In this document: one piece after another, positions 7,530-16,703 of the stretch
How positions within the stretch are numbered: the first letter of the stretch is position 1
How the letters are laid out: each line of letters begins with the position of its first letter
The notes under the pieces: generated by a model
What the model was told of the DNA's origin: nothing
What the model saw: only the letters and a program-made list of their open reading frames with translations
Databases searched by the model: none
Translations under genes and position numbers: made by a program
Assembly: GCA_963815255.1 (NCBI GenBank)
Contig: CAWFGH010000011.1
Span: forward strand, 1,002 to 65,001
DNA from: an uncultured delta proteobacterium
Lineage (GTDB): Bacteria; Desulfobacterota; Binatia; Binatales; Binataceae
Reading direction: 5' to 3'
DNA length: 64,000 nt

Positions 7530-9665
7530 ATGAAACGCAAATTTCTGGAGAGCAGCAGCAACATGAACGCAGATTCGAAACGCAGAAAGCGCCTGTGGCT
7601 ATTTGGAGCGGTAGCGACAATGGGACTGATGCTAAGCGGTCAGACGCGAGCATACGCCCAGCAGGGAATTGCGCAAAACCTGGAGGATAGTTTTGAACTC
7701 CACGGCTATCTGGAGAATCAAGAAATCATCCGCAGCGAAAATTATGCAAGCGATTATCACGTGGCGTCGATCCGCAATCGCATCGACTTGCAGCCTTCGG
7801 GGCAGATAATCAAGGACGTCACCTTGCCCACCGTGATGGGTGTGCCTCTGGGAACTGGTCTGTCGGTCAGCTACTTCGCCGAAATCCGGCCCGGCTACGA
7901 AGGCGTATATGATCTCGTGACCGACCGCTTCGGAAATCATACCACCGGATTTTCGGGCATCGGAGTCTCGGAATTTCAGGGAACCGGGCAGACCGCCGGT
8001 TTGGCATTGCTCAGGGCCTTCGGCTACGATCCGCGACGCTTCAAGGGTGTAGTGGCCCGTACCCTCCTGTTCCCGGAGCCGGTTTCCCAGAACATCAAGT
8101 TCATCAACAACATCAACGGTGTTCCGACCGAATGCTGGAATTGCATAAACGTCGAGCAAACGGTTAGCAACCTGCGTTTCGAACGCGATGACAGTAACCT
8201 GATCTACTACCCTCTGCGCGAAGCATACCTTGATTTCCGCTGGGACTTCTTCGGGTCCAACCTGCTTCGTCTGGGCAAACAGCAGGTGGTATGGGGCAAG
8301 GCCGATTTTTTTCGCCTGCAGGACATCATCAATCCGGTGGATTTCGCGCAGCACTTCTTTATCGAGCCGTTCGAAGATACCCGAATCCCACAACTGGCGG
8401 CGTGGTTGCAGCACCGTTTCGGCGACGTTCTGGGCTTTCAGGAGGTTGCGGGCAACGTGGTATGGAATTTTGACGAGTTCAATCCAGTCGGATTGGGTGT
8501 GGGCGGTCAGCCTTGGGCGGTCAACTTCGGCGATCAAAAGCGCGCGTTCGCCTTCTCCAACGGTCTGTTTGACGCCGGAGAATGCGGCGGGAGCAAAACT
8601 CCTGGCGTCTGCAACCCCAACCATGTCAATTTCGGCCTGTATCGTGAGCGCGTGCCGGACTGGCGGCTGCGCAACAGCGGCGTCGGCATGAAGTGGGACT
8701 TCGAGCTTCCGCATCCGGCGATCCGCTTCGCGCTGACCGATTGGTGGGGTATCGCACAAACGCCCATCTTCGTAGAGAGTCAGCTTCAGGTGCTGGGCGA
8801 TCCGGCTCATCCGGGAGCGATTTCCACCGGCAGCAACTTTGCGGCTTCTGGCGTAAATTGCTCCAAGCTTGCCACCATCAGTTCGGGCTTTCCCGGTTTT
8901 TATGGACCCGGCGGCGGCGGTGCGGCAATCATCGCCACCAACGCGCGCAGCGTACATCTGGCCAAAGGCGTTAACCCGCACACCTTCCTTAACGATTGCA
9001 CCTTCGGCGCCGGCACTGAGATTCGCTATCACAAAGACAATACTCTGGGACTGTCAGCGGACTATTTCGAGCCCTTCACCGGAGTGATTATACGCGTCGA
9101 GTCGTCGTGGACGCACAACGCGCTGCTCAACGACACCGATTCGCTCGACTGGACTACCAACAACGACATCCTGCAATACGTAGTTGGCATCGACCGTCCG
9201 CACTTCATCAGATTCCTCAACCCGGACGACAGCTTCTTCACCAGCTTTCAGGTATTCGAGACTTATTATCCGGGTGCGCATAGCTCCAATGGCGGCAAGG
9301 ACGGACTGGTCACCGGCGTAAACGATTTTACTTTTACTGCGTTCACCCAGACCCACTACTATCGTGACCAGATCATCCCGCTCATCTTTGCGACCTTCGG
9401 CACCGAGGGCACCGACTCGACCATCGGCGGCAACACGGAGTGGCTGATCACCAACCATTGGTCGGCGAGTATCGGCTTCGATGCGTTCCTGGGCAAGTCA
9501 CATCAGCACAACGTCGGGTCGAACGCAGTCTTCCAGGCCGGCCACACAACGCCTCAGGACGCGCCATACAGCGAAACCATCTTCGGTCCTGCGCACATGC
9601 AGGCCGGCGGCGCTCAGCGCAACAAGGATGACGAGTTCTGGACCAGGATTCGCTACCGCTTCTAG
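7530..9665 (+). CDS. DUF1302-like outer-membrane beta-barrel protein
   Basis: 711 aa. Sec signal ...LWLFGAVATMGLMLSGQTRAYAQQ, FELHGYLENQEIIRSENY start typical of DUF1302, alternating beta-strand pattern throughout, and a C-terminal ...WTRIRYRF with terminal Phe (OMP signature). GAGGG RBS lies 9 nt upstream. Confidence 0.65.
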   Translation: MKRKFLESSSNMNADSKRRKRLWLFGAVATMGLMLSGQTRAYAQQGIAQNLEDSFELHGYLENQEIIRSENYASDYHVASIRNRIDLQPSGQIIKDVTLPTVMGVPLGTGLSVSYFAEIRPGYEGVYDLVTDRFGNHTTGFSGIGVSEFQGTGQTAGLALLRAFGYDPRRFKGVVARTLLFPEPVSQNIKFINNINGVPTECWNCINVEQTVSNLRFERDDSNLIYYPLREAYLDFRWDFFGSNLLRLGKQQVVWGKADFFRLQDIINPVDFAQHFFIEPFEDTRIPQLAAWLQHRFGDVLGFQEVAGNVVWNFDEFNPVGLGVGGQPWAVNFGDQKRAFAFSNGLFDAGECGGSKTPGVCNPNHVNFGLYRERVPDWRLRNSGVGMKWDFELPHPAIRFALTDWWGIAQTPIFVESQLQVLGDPAHPGAISTGSNFAASGVNCSKLATISSGFPGFYGPGGGGAAIIATNARSVHLAKGVNPHTFLNDCTFGAGTEIRYHKDNTLGLSADYFEPFTGVIIRVESSWTHNALLNDTDSLDWTTNNDILQYVVGIDRPHFIRFLNPDDSFFTSFQVFETYYPGAHSSNGGKDGLVTGVNDFTFTAFTQTHYYRDQIIPLIFATFGTEGTDSTIGGNTEWLITNHWSASIGFDAFLGKSHQHNVGSNAVFQAGHTTPQDAPYSETIFGPAHMQAGGAQRNKDDEFWTRIRYRF

Positions 9666-9708
9666 GCAACCGGCAGAAGCGCCCACCCCGCTCAGTCGCG
9701 GACGCAGG

Positions 9709-10047
9709 TTAACGTCCGGCGGTGGTTACGTTTGGAATGCCGTCAAGCTCCTGATCGGCCTGATTGAGATGGTTCATTGCCTCCCGGTAGTCGCCGCGCG
9801 CGATTTCACGCTGGGCCTCGATGTAATCTTCCTGTGGCAGAGGACTTGAGTACGATGCGAGCTTCGCCACGCGCAGACGACGTCCGACCTCATTCAATCT
9901 CTGACGGAGGTCGGACGTGCTGGGTGTTCCTTTATCTGAACTCGCGGTCTCGGGTTCCGCGGATATCGTTTGGCTCAGTGACGTGGCCGGCGTTGCTCCA
10001 ATCGCCGCAATGAGCGCCACGGTGCTCACAATTCTCGAAACTTTCAT
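9709..10047 (-). CDS. Hypothetical secreted protein
   Basis: ORF 9709..10125. Internal ATG 10047 gives MKVSRIVSTVALIAAIGATPATSLSQ, a Sec signal. The rest is a small helical Glu/Arg-rich domain. No family recognised. Confidence 0.5.
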   Translation of the reverse strand: MKVSRIVSTVALIAAIGATPATSLSQTISAEPETASSDKGTPSTSDLRQRLNEVGRRLRVAKLASYSSPLPQEDYIEAQREIARGDYREAMNHLNQADQELDGIPNVTTAGR

Positions 10048-10416
10048 TCGCACACTCCTGTAATCAAATCGCTCGTCAATTGTCACAGACGAACGTGACC
10101 GAGGAGTGAGCGAGAGGCGTGCCAATGCTCGGATCTAAGGCCCGCTGATAATAAAGTTAAGTAATTGCATCGAGCGCGTTGCTGAAAAGGTAGTCCGTCA
10201 TTGGAGCTTTCCGCATCGCGGTCGATCTCGATCGTGGAAAAACTGATCGGATGATCTGTTGCGCATGTTGCGCATTCGCAGAATTCTTCTGAAATCGCGA
10301 ACTCATCGATCGCAGAGCGATCTAAGACCGATCGCCGCGATGCAAGCGAAATCCCGCCAAGACCAACATTTTCCGCTGATGACGATAACTCCGATCGGGA
10401 ATCATGATCCGCGCGA

Positions 10417-10884
10417 TCAGTCCGTCACGTAGCGTCGCTTCGCCCATCCCTGGTCGAATGCGGTCCAGAACCACGAACCCAGCTTCAGCCGCTTGAACTT
10501 CCACTGGCCGCCGACCTTGACGTACTCTTCGTCGTAGCGCGCGGCGCCCCAGGCCGCCTGTTCTCCCTTGGCGAAGGTGCAAGGCTCGAGCAGGTACCAG
10601 ATGCCCGTCGCGCGATTGCCGTCCACCTCGATTATCGGATTCATCACGTAGTGGATGGCAAAGTGCAGCATCTCAGGGATATGTCTGAACAGGCCGCGAA
10701 TCGCTTCGCGCCCCTCGAAGCGGCCGAACTTGTCGGAGTCCCAGACCGCGTCTTCGGTGAAAAGCGCTACCCAGCTCTCTTCGTTGGCGTGATCGACGTG
10801 CAGGCAGTAGTTGGCCTTGAGCTTTTTGATCGCCTCGATATCTTCGAGTTGCGCGATTCGTTGTTCCAGACCACTGGCGCTCAT
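10417..10884 (-). CDS. NTF2-like / SnoaL_4-type protein
   Basis: RIAQLEDIEAIKKLKANYCLHVDHANEESWVALFTEDAVWD...GREAIRGLF...NPIIEVDGNRATGIWYLLE is the typical SnoaL-like polyketide-cyclase fold pattern. Confidence 0.8.
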   Translation of the reverse strand: MSASGLEQRIAQLEDIEAIKKLKANYCLHVDHANEESWVALFTEDAVWDSDKFGRFEGREAIRGLFRHIPEMLHFAIHYVMNPIIEVDGNRATGIWYLLEPCTFAKGEQAAWGAARYDEEYVKVGGQWKFKRLKLGSWFWTAFDQGWAKRRYVTD

Positions 10885-10938
10885 GTTTCGCCTCCTTGGT
10901 TATGCAGCAAACAAATAGACCGCGGGATTTCCGATCTT

Positions 10939-12363
10939 TCAAATCTGGGGCCGCCTTCCGCGCCAGGGGCGGGCCTTCTCATAAGCTGCCGCCGCGCGAA
11001 ACACGCTCAGGTCGTCGAATGTTTTTCCGACGATTTGCATTCCCGTAGGAATGCCTGAAGCGGCAAAACCGGTCGGTACCGCGATCACCGGACACTGACT
11101 AACGAGATTGAAGGGCATCGTCATGTACCAACCGATCGATGCGGGCACCTTGGCGCCATCGATTGTGAAATTCGCGTCGTTCGCGTCGTGATCGTGCTTC
11201 ACCGCGGGCAGCGCCGTGGTCGGACAGATCAAGACTTGGTAATCCTCGAGAATTGGACCGAGCGTTTTGTACATCTCGCCGCGCACCGCGTTAATCCGGT
11301 AGAAACGATCGGCGCTCAACGCCGCGCCGCTCTCGATCATCCGAACCAGGCCTTCAGTCATTTCGTAGCGCCAGCGTGGGAGTTTGTCGCCCAGGAGCCC
11401 GGCGAACAACACGGTCCAGTAAGTCATCCACGCGTTGTTGACGCCCCAGTTCCACCCCAGATTAACTTCCTCGACCGTGCAGCCGAGACTTTTGAACGCC
11501 TCGAGAGCCGAAAGCGTATTTCGGCGGACCTCCGGATCGACGCTGTAGAACCCGAGGTCCATCGAGTACGCGACCTTCCAGCCTCTGATGTCCTCTGGAG
11601 CCTCGGGGAGGAAGACCTTTTCGCGAAGGCTGCAGATGTCATCAAGGTGCGGGCCGGTCATGATGTTCTGCATGAGTGCGGCGTCGGAGACGCTCCGTGT
11701 CATCGGCCCATAATGCAGTATCGTCTCCAACGGATGATCGAGGTCGAGCGGATTGCGCCCGAATGGAGGCTTGTATCCGACAGCACCTGCCAGGGAGGCC
11801 GGGATTCGTATTGAACCGCCGCCGTCGGTGCCATCGGCGAGCGTGGTCATCCCTCCTGCCAGCGCAGCGCCCGCACCTCCCGAAGAGCCGCCCGGGGTGT
11901 ACTCCAGATTCCACGGATTGCGCGTGATGCCCCAGAGCGGACTTGCCGTCATGCCGGCATGCGCGAATTCCGGCGTAGTTGTGCGGCAATGCATGATCGC
12001 GCCCGCATCCAGTAACCGCTGAACGGTCGGCGCCGTGTGATCGGGCCGATAGTCTCGATAGATCTTCGATCCGAAAGTGGTGATCTCGCCCTTGACCGGA
12101 TGAAAATCCTTGATCGCAACGGGCACGCCTTCGAGCGGGCGCGGCTCGCCGCCGCGCCGGGCGTACTGCGACTCGGCGGCCTTGGCCTGTTCCAGCGCTC
12201 GATCAAAATAGGTGTAGGTGAGTGCGTTGACCTTCGGCTCGAGCTGCTCGCATCGTGCGATGATAGCTTTGAGAAGCTCGACCGGAGAAAGGGCGCGCGT
12301 CTTGAACGCGGCAATTGCCTCGGTTGCCGTCATGTAACAGAGATCGAGATTGAGATCGCTCAT
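10939..12363 (-). CDS. Amidase (amidase-signature family)
   Basis: GGSSGG...TDGGGSIRIPASLAGAVGYKP signature with Lys (VAIKD) and the Ser-cisSer catalytic context. Start ATG 12363 follows GGGAGGAACCG. Confidence 0.9.
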   Translation of the reverse strand: MSDLNLDLCYMTATEAIAAFKTRALSPVELLKAIIARCEQLEPKVNALTYTYFDRALEQAKAAESQYARRGGEPRPLEGVPVAIKDFHPVKGEITTFGSKIYRDYRPDHTAPTVQRLLDAGAIMHCRTTTPEFAHAGMTASPLWGITRNPWNLEYTPGGSSGGAGAALAGGMTTLADGTDGGGSIRIPASLAGAVGYKPPFGRNPLDLDHPLETILHYGPMTRSVSDAALMQNIMTGPHLDDICSLREKVFLPEAPEDIRGWKVAYSMDLGFYSVDPEVRRNTLSALEAFKSLGCTVEEVNLGWNWGVNNAWMTYWTVLFAGLLGDKLPRWRYEMTEGLVRMIESGAALSADRFYRINAVRGEMYKTLGPILEDYQVLICPTTALPAVKHDHDANDANFTIDGAKVPASIGWYMTMPFNLVSQCPVIAVPTGFAASGIPTGMQIVGKTFDDLSVFRAAAAYEKARPWRGRRPQI

Positions 12364-12655
12364 CGGTTCCTCCCACTTGTCCACTTGTACGCGTGTCCGG
12401 TGGCGAAGCGCGTTGCGCTACAGGCTCGGATGTTGTCTTGCCAGGGCGTGGCAGCCATCGCAACTCTCCTCGTCGTTTCGAACTTTCCTACCACCGACAG
12501 CATCAGTTCGCCAAACTCTTCCACCATCTCCGCCCAGAACGCGTCTCGAACTGATCAACGGAATGTAGCGTCGGGTTCTTGACATAGACGCACGTTAGCG
12601 ATGCTCTCGGATTGCCAGCGCCCTGCGCCCGAAGACACGCGAGGAGGATCTGTCG

Positions 12656-13778
12656 ATGCTCGCAATCGATGCTGACAGCCATTTCGTCGAACCACTCGAT
12701 CTCTATGAAAAATACATCGATCCGCAATTTCGCGATCGCGCTTTCAAGGTGCAAACAAATCCGGCCACCGGCCTGCGCCAAATGGTGGTCGACAACAAAG
12801 CGCTGCAGCTCCTCGACGTTGAGGAGTTGCTGAGCGCGATCTCCGGCTACGGACAGAAGGAGAGCGGCCACGACCTCAGCAACTTCGATCGCGAACTGCC
12901 CTACAGCGCCGAGTGGGAAGACATGAATAAGCGGATCAAATTCCTGGACCAGGAGGGATTCGCCGCGCAGGTCATCTACCCCACGGCGGGCTTGTTATGG
13001 GAGGACAGCGTCAGCGATCCCGTGCTGGCCGACGCGCTCTGCCGCGCCTACAACACGTGGGCGCTCGAGCTTTGCGCCTCGCACAAGGACCGGCTGTTTC
13101 CGGCGGCCCATCTGTCGCTGCGCGATCCGGAGCTAGGGGTGCGCGAACTGCAGCGCGTGGCCAAACTGGGATGCCATTCGGTTTTCGTCGGCGCGGCACC
13201 CCATAATGGGAAAAGCTTCGGCGACCCAATTTATGACCCGCTATGGGCGGCGGCGCAGGATCTCGATCTGGCGGTCGGATTGCACCTGGTGGGTCATGCT
13301 CATTACCCCGGGAGCGAGTACTTCCGCGGCCGCGATCCAGGATTTATGTGGGTTACGATGAATGTCATTCAGGATCCTCGAATTGCGCTTGCAACGATGG
13401 TCTACGATGGCGTCTTCGATCGATTTCCGCGGCTGCGGGTAGCCACGATCGAAGCGATGGCGGGATGGGTCGGCGAGTGGCTCGAGCGGTTCGAATATCG
13501 ATACAAGTACATGAAGCACACTTCGCGGATGAAACGGTCGCCGACTGAGTATTTCGCGGCAGAACATCTGGGTCAGCGGCGATCCCGAGGAACGGATGTT
13601 CCCGATCATGGTGCAGTTCGCGGGCGACGACAAATTCTTCATCGGGTCAGACTATCCACACGCGGAAGGCTTCGTTGACCCGGTGCGCAAAACGCGCGAG
13701 CGGCTGTCCTCGCTCGCGCCGGAGTCGGTGGAGAAGATCCTCGGCACCAACGCCCGGAAATTCTTCCGCATATCGTAA
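12656..13778 (+). CDS. Amidohydrolase-2 family (metal-dependent hydrolase/decarboxylase type); +1 frameshift near 13554-13562
   Basis: MLAIDADSHFVEP...; ORF 12656..13678 loses sense after ...SPTEYFA. The +1 frame continues (R)QNIWVSGDPEERMFPIMVQFAGDDKFFIGSDYPHAEGF...LGTNARKFFRIS (ORF 13596..13778), which is the conserved C-terminal DYPH metal-ligand region. Confidence 0.8.
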
Positions 13779-13793
13779 ATGAGCTACCCCCTA

Positions 13794-13939
13794 CTGTCAT
13801 CCTGAGCGGAGCGAGTCTGCGAGCGCAGTCGAAGGACTCCGAAGAAGAAGCTTCACCGAAAAAGCAGACTCGCTTCGCTCACTGATCGAAGAGGCGGACT
13901 CGCTTCGCTCAAAAAATTCACAAACTCTCAGGATGACAG
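13794..13939. repeat. MITE/REP-like palindromic intergenic element
   Basis: 13-nt terminal inverted repeats CTGTCATCCTGAG (13794-13806) / CTCAGGATGACAG (13927-13939). Internal arm GAGCGGAGCGAGTCTGC pairs with GCAGACTCGCTTCGCTC, which is itself present twice in direct orientation. The GTCATCCTGAGCG... family is a dispersed repeat I recognise from many soil-bacterial genomes. Confidence 0.7.
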
Positions 13940-13978
13940 TTCTTGTGCGCAACTTATTAATGACACTCGCCACACAGG

Positions 13979-14608
13979 CTATTGTTGTCCGCCGCCGATG
14001 CTCGGAGCGGGCTTGCCGGGCTGCGAAGCGAATCCTTCAGGCAGATCGCGCACCGGCCTGATTGTTATCGGGACAATCTGGCCCCTGTCGAACATCTCCT
14101 GGGTCGGCGTGTGCATCCCCAGCCGCGCCATCAGGTATCGCTTCGGATAGTCTGCGACTATTTCGCGCGCGACTGCCGGATCATTGGTTATTTCCGCCTT
14201 GCCAATGAACGCCGGGCCTTTCGTCTTGCCTATCCAGACGATCACGGGACTGCCACGGCGGATGCGCTTGGCCTTCCATGTCGTGGGTGAAGTTTGAATA
14301 AGCACCAGGTGATCTGGTGCTACCGTGAACCAGACCGGAGCTGGCGTGCTCTGATTGCCATCTTTGCGGACCGTCGCGATATAGAGAACGCTGGCGGTTG
14401 AAAGCGCGTCGATATCGCGTTGGGAAACCTGTGCAACCGTATTTGCCCCGCCTGGATTCGTTTCCGCAAAGGCATTCGACAGCGCCACGGCGGACGCCAT
14501 CGCCAAACCGCCGAGCGCGATCGCTCCCAACGCGATCATTTGCCGCCGTGTCACAGTAGGCGCGATAACCTCTGTGCCGCGGCTGCTTCCAATCGACGTC
14601 CGATTCAC
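13979..14608 (-). CDS. Tat-signal-bearing pyridoxamine-5'-phosphate-oxidase-like (split beta-barrel) protein
   Basis: N-terminus ...TVTRRQMIALGAIALGGLAMASAVALSNAFA is a twin-arginine signal. Body: VLYIATVRKDGNQSTPAPVWFTVAPDHLVLIQTSPTTWKAKRIRRGSPVIVWIG...GKAEI, the PNPOx-like pattern. Confidence 0.6.
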   Translation of the reverse strand: MNRTSIGSSRGTEVIAPTVTRRQMIALGAIALGGLAMASAVALSNAFAETNPGGANTVAQVSQRDIDALSTASVLYIATVRKDGNQSTPAPVWFTVAPDHLVLIQTSPTTWKAKRIRRGSPVIVWIGKTKGPAFIGKAEITNDPAVAREIVADYPKRYLMARLGMHTPTQEMFDRGQIVPITIRPVRDLPEGFASQPGKPAPSIGGGQQ

Positions 14609-14636
14609 TGGCTCTCCTTCCGTCTTCGGCGAGGCT

Positions 14637-14900
14637 CTAATTTCGCTGGAGGCGCGGATCGTCCATCGGGACGCACTGCGCGTTCTTTACGGCTTCAATG
14701 TCGCTTGGTCTGTTTTCCTTAACCGCGCGGGAACTCAAAAGCGCCTGCGTCTCATTGCATTGTTCCCGCGTGGCGGCCCCTCCCTCGATTTTCCATTTGG
14801 ACAGGGCGGCCGACGGGTCGTAATGACCATTGGCCAGCGGCGGCGGCGTGATCAGAAACCAGCCTGACAACACTACCGCTGCGGCATGTCGAAGCTTCAT
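14637..14900 (-). CDS. Hypothetical small exported protein
   Basis: ATG 14900 gives MKLRHAAAVVLSGWFLITPPPLA (signal-like), with two Cys in the mature part. No family recognised. Confidence 0.45.
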   Translation of the reverse strand: MKLRHAAAVVLSGWFLITPPPLANGHYDPSAALSKWKIEGGAATREQCNETQALLSSRAVKENRPSDIEAVKNAQCVPMDDPRLQRN

Positions 14901-14995
14901 GCTCGGCTTATCGATCAGTGGCAAGCCGCTGTCAAGGGCGCGATTGGCCGTTGTGCACGCTGGTCGCTTGGACTGACGCGTTCAGGCGAACCTTT

Positions 14996-15340
14996 CTAGT
15001 GGTGTATCCCAAAGAAAAGGTTTACGCCCTCCGAGGGCGGTGGCGGCGGACTGTAGCTGTAGGCTGGTGGATAGTAATCCGGCTCCGGCGCGTAATAGTA
15101 GTTCGGTGGAGGCGCATAGTAGTAGCTGGGTGCCGGCGCGACATAAACATCCCGGCCGCGATCCGAGTGTCTATCGTGATCCCCGTGGCGCTCCTCGTGA
15201 TGTCTCTCCTCGCCATGGCCGCCGGCGAACGCAGGTCCCATCGCAGTACTGCAGAACACGACGCCGAAGCCAACTGCAATCGCTATCTTGTTGATCTTAC
15301 GAATCTTGCTGACCTTGCCGATCTTGGTTTGCGTGGTCAT
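14996..15340 (-). CDS. Hypothetical secreted His-, Pro- and Tyr-rich low-complexity protein
   Basis: Signal KIAIAVGFGVVFCSTAMGPAFAGG, then HGEERHHEERHGDHDRHSDRGRD and VYVAPAPSYYYAPPPNYYYAPEPDYYPPAYSYSPPPPP. Confidence 0.55.
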   Translation of the reverse strand: MTTQTKIGKVSKIRKINKIAIAVGFGVVFCSTAMGPAFAGGHGEERHHEERHGDHDRHSDRGRDVYVAPAPSYYYAPPPNYYYAPEPDYYPPAYSYSPPPPPSEGVNLFFGIHH

Positions 15341-15415
15341 GGTGCCTTTTCATCTCTCCTGCAACGACTTCCAGCAAGCCGAGGGGTTCCCGTATTGACG
15401 CATGCGAACTTTCGA

Positions 15416-15952
15416 TCACTTCTCTTTTGACGCCGCGACACGCACTTTGCTGCGGAACATGGCATCGGCGGTCTTCTTCTGGGCTGGTGACATGCTGTCG
15501 TACAGATCCTGAAAGGCGGGGACGAACTTAGCCATTCCAGTCTCATGCGCCTCGATGACCGCCTGATAGGATTTGACCGCGTCGACGGCGGTCATCGCCT
15601 TGGCGTCCTGTTTTCTCTGCGCTTGCAGATCGTCCATCGCTTTCGCATTGTCACGCATCACCTGGACGAGCTTGTCCCACTGGCTCTGCTGAGCGGCAGT
15701 GATGTGAAGCCTGCTGTGTAACTCCTTGATACGCGCCTCGACGGGATCCGACTTCTCGCCGGCCGGTGCCGACTCCGTCGTTGCGGGAGCTGTAGAAGCC
15801 TGCGCCAGGGTTTCCCGAGTGGAGCCGAGTTGGATTGCCGCTGGGACGCCGGCGTGGTCCGCGGCGATGGCTAAAGGGCCAGCGAGAGCGAGCGAGCCGA
15901 CCAGAGTTGTCGCCGCCAGTGCGCGGGCGATTTTTTGCGCGAACGAGGACAT
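15416..15952 (-). CDS. Spy/CpxP-like periplasmic protein (LTXXQ-type motif)
   Basis: ATG 15952 is preceded by GGGAGG. Signal MSSFAQKIARALAATTLVGSLALAGPLAIAA. LHITAAQQSQWDKL and SMSPAQKKTADAMF resemble LTXXQ repeats. Confidence 0.6.
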   Translation of the reverse strand: MSSFAQKIARALAATTLVGSLALAGPLAIAADHAGVPAAIQLGSTRETLAQASTAPATTESAPAGEKSDPVEARIKELHSRLHITAAQQSQWDKLVQVMRDNAKAMDDLQAQRKQDAKAMTAVDAVKSYQAVIEAHETGMAKFVPAFQDLYDSMSPAQKKTADAMFRSKVRVAASKEK

Positions 15953-16054
15953 GTTTACCTCCCAAATTGGTTGGATGGGACAGCCACTCCGGGACACAAG
16001 AGGACGTTCCGTTGGTTCTTGCGATGAAATGTTCCGACAATAAGCAAAGCGCCC

Positions 16055-16441
16055 TCAAACAGTCTTCGTTTCGGTGACTGCCGGCGGACGATTGATAACT
16101 GAATAGGCTATGAACCCGCACGCGATAGCGACCACACCGCCGATGGCAAAAGCCTGCCACCATTTCATCCATTCATGAAGCAAAAGAATGAGCGCCGCCA
16201 GCAAACACGAGCCTCCGATAACGCCGGCGAACAGGATCACCAAAGCGGCGATCGCCCGATCGGCCATCCCCGTCAGAGAGGGAACAAGCCTGGCCTCCAG
16301 CAACTGGAGTTCGAGGCGTATGATGCGCGAGAGATCTTCGAGCATCCGGCCCAGCAACGTCGACCATTCCGTTGCCGTGCCGGAGTCCTCGACGCTTTGC
16401 GCGTTACGCTGATGTGGTCGTGGCGCGACTGCAGGATCCAT
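16055..16441 (-). CDS. Phage-holin-family / YqjE-like small membrane protein
   Basis: LLGRMLEDLSRIIRLELQLLEARL followed by two TM helices (AIAALVILFAGVIGGSCLLAALILLL, AFAIGGVVAIACGFIAYSVI). The start could be ATG 16441 or GTG 16456. Confidence 0.55.
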   Translation of the reverse strand: MDPAVAPRPHQRNAQSVEDSGTATEWSTLLGRMLEDLSRIIRLELQLLEARLVPSLTGMADRAIAALVILFAGVIGGSCLLAALILLLHEWMKWWQAFAIGGVVAIACGFIAYSVINRPPAVTETKTV

Positions 16442-16703
16442 CGTTCCAAGCCTCACTCAGCGCTGCTCCGAGCAGTCCGCCAAGGACCAGAATTGCCACC
16501 GGCGTATTGTCGCGGTAACCCGATGCGAAGCCGAGCGCGCCGGCGATGCATGCCGACAACAGCGGGTTACGCCCCACCAGATGTGAGGGCTGAAGCTGCG
16601 TGCTGACCGTTTCAACCTTTCGATTGACCTCGGTCACGGTCTGATGCAGACTTTGCCGCGCCTCTTCCAGCTCCTCTTTGATGCGCTCGATGTTGTCTTC
16701 CAT
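16404..16703 (-). CDS. Hypothetical coiled-coil protein with C-terminal TM segments
   Basis: MEDNIERIKEELEEARQSLHQTVTEVNRKVETVSTQLQ then NPLLSACIAGALGFASGY...VAILVLGGLLGAAL. Sits within the stress-protein cluster. Confidence 0.5.
   Translation of the reverse strand: MEDNIERIKEELEEARQSLHQTVTEVNRKVETVSTQLQPSHLVGRNPLLSACIAGALGFASGYRDNTPVAILVLGGLLGAALSEAWNDGSCSRATTTSA

Noticed and set aside
7632-9032. 466-aa minus-strand ORF lying entirely inside the DUF1302-like gene.
   Set aside because: It is antisense to a much better ORF. It has an Arg/Ala/Gly/Pro-rich composition with no motifs. Long spurious antisense frames like this are typical of high-GC DNA.
10200-10420. Cluster of about ten GATC/CGATCG sites and a TTGCGCAT direct repeat in the intergenic region. 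I considered an origin-like or Dam-regulated region.
   Set aside because: GATC is frequent throughout this genome, in coding regions too, so the enrichment is modest. There are no DnaA-box-like repeats or neighbouring replication genes.
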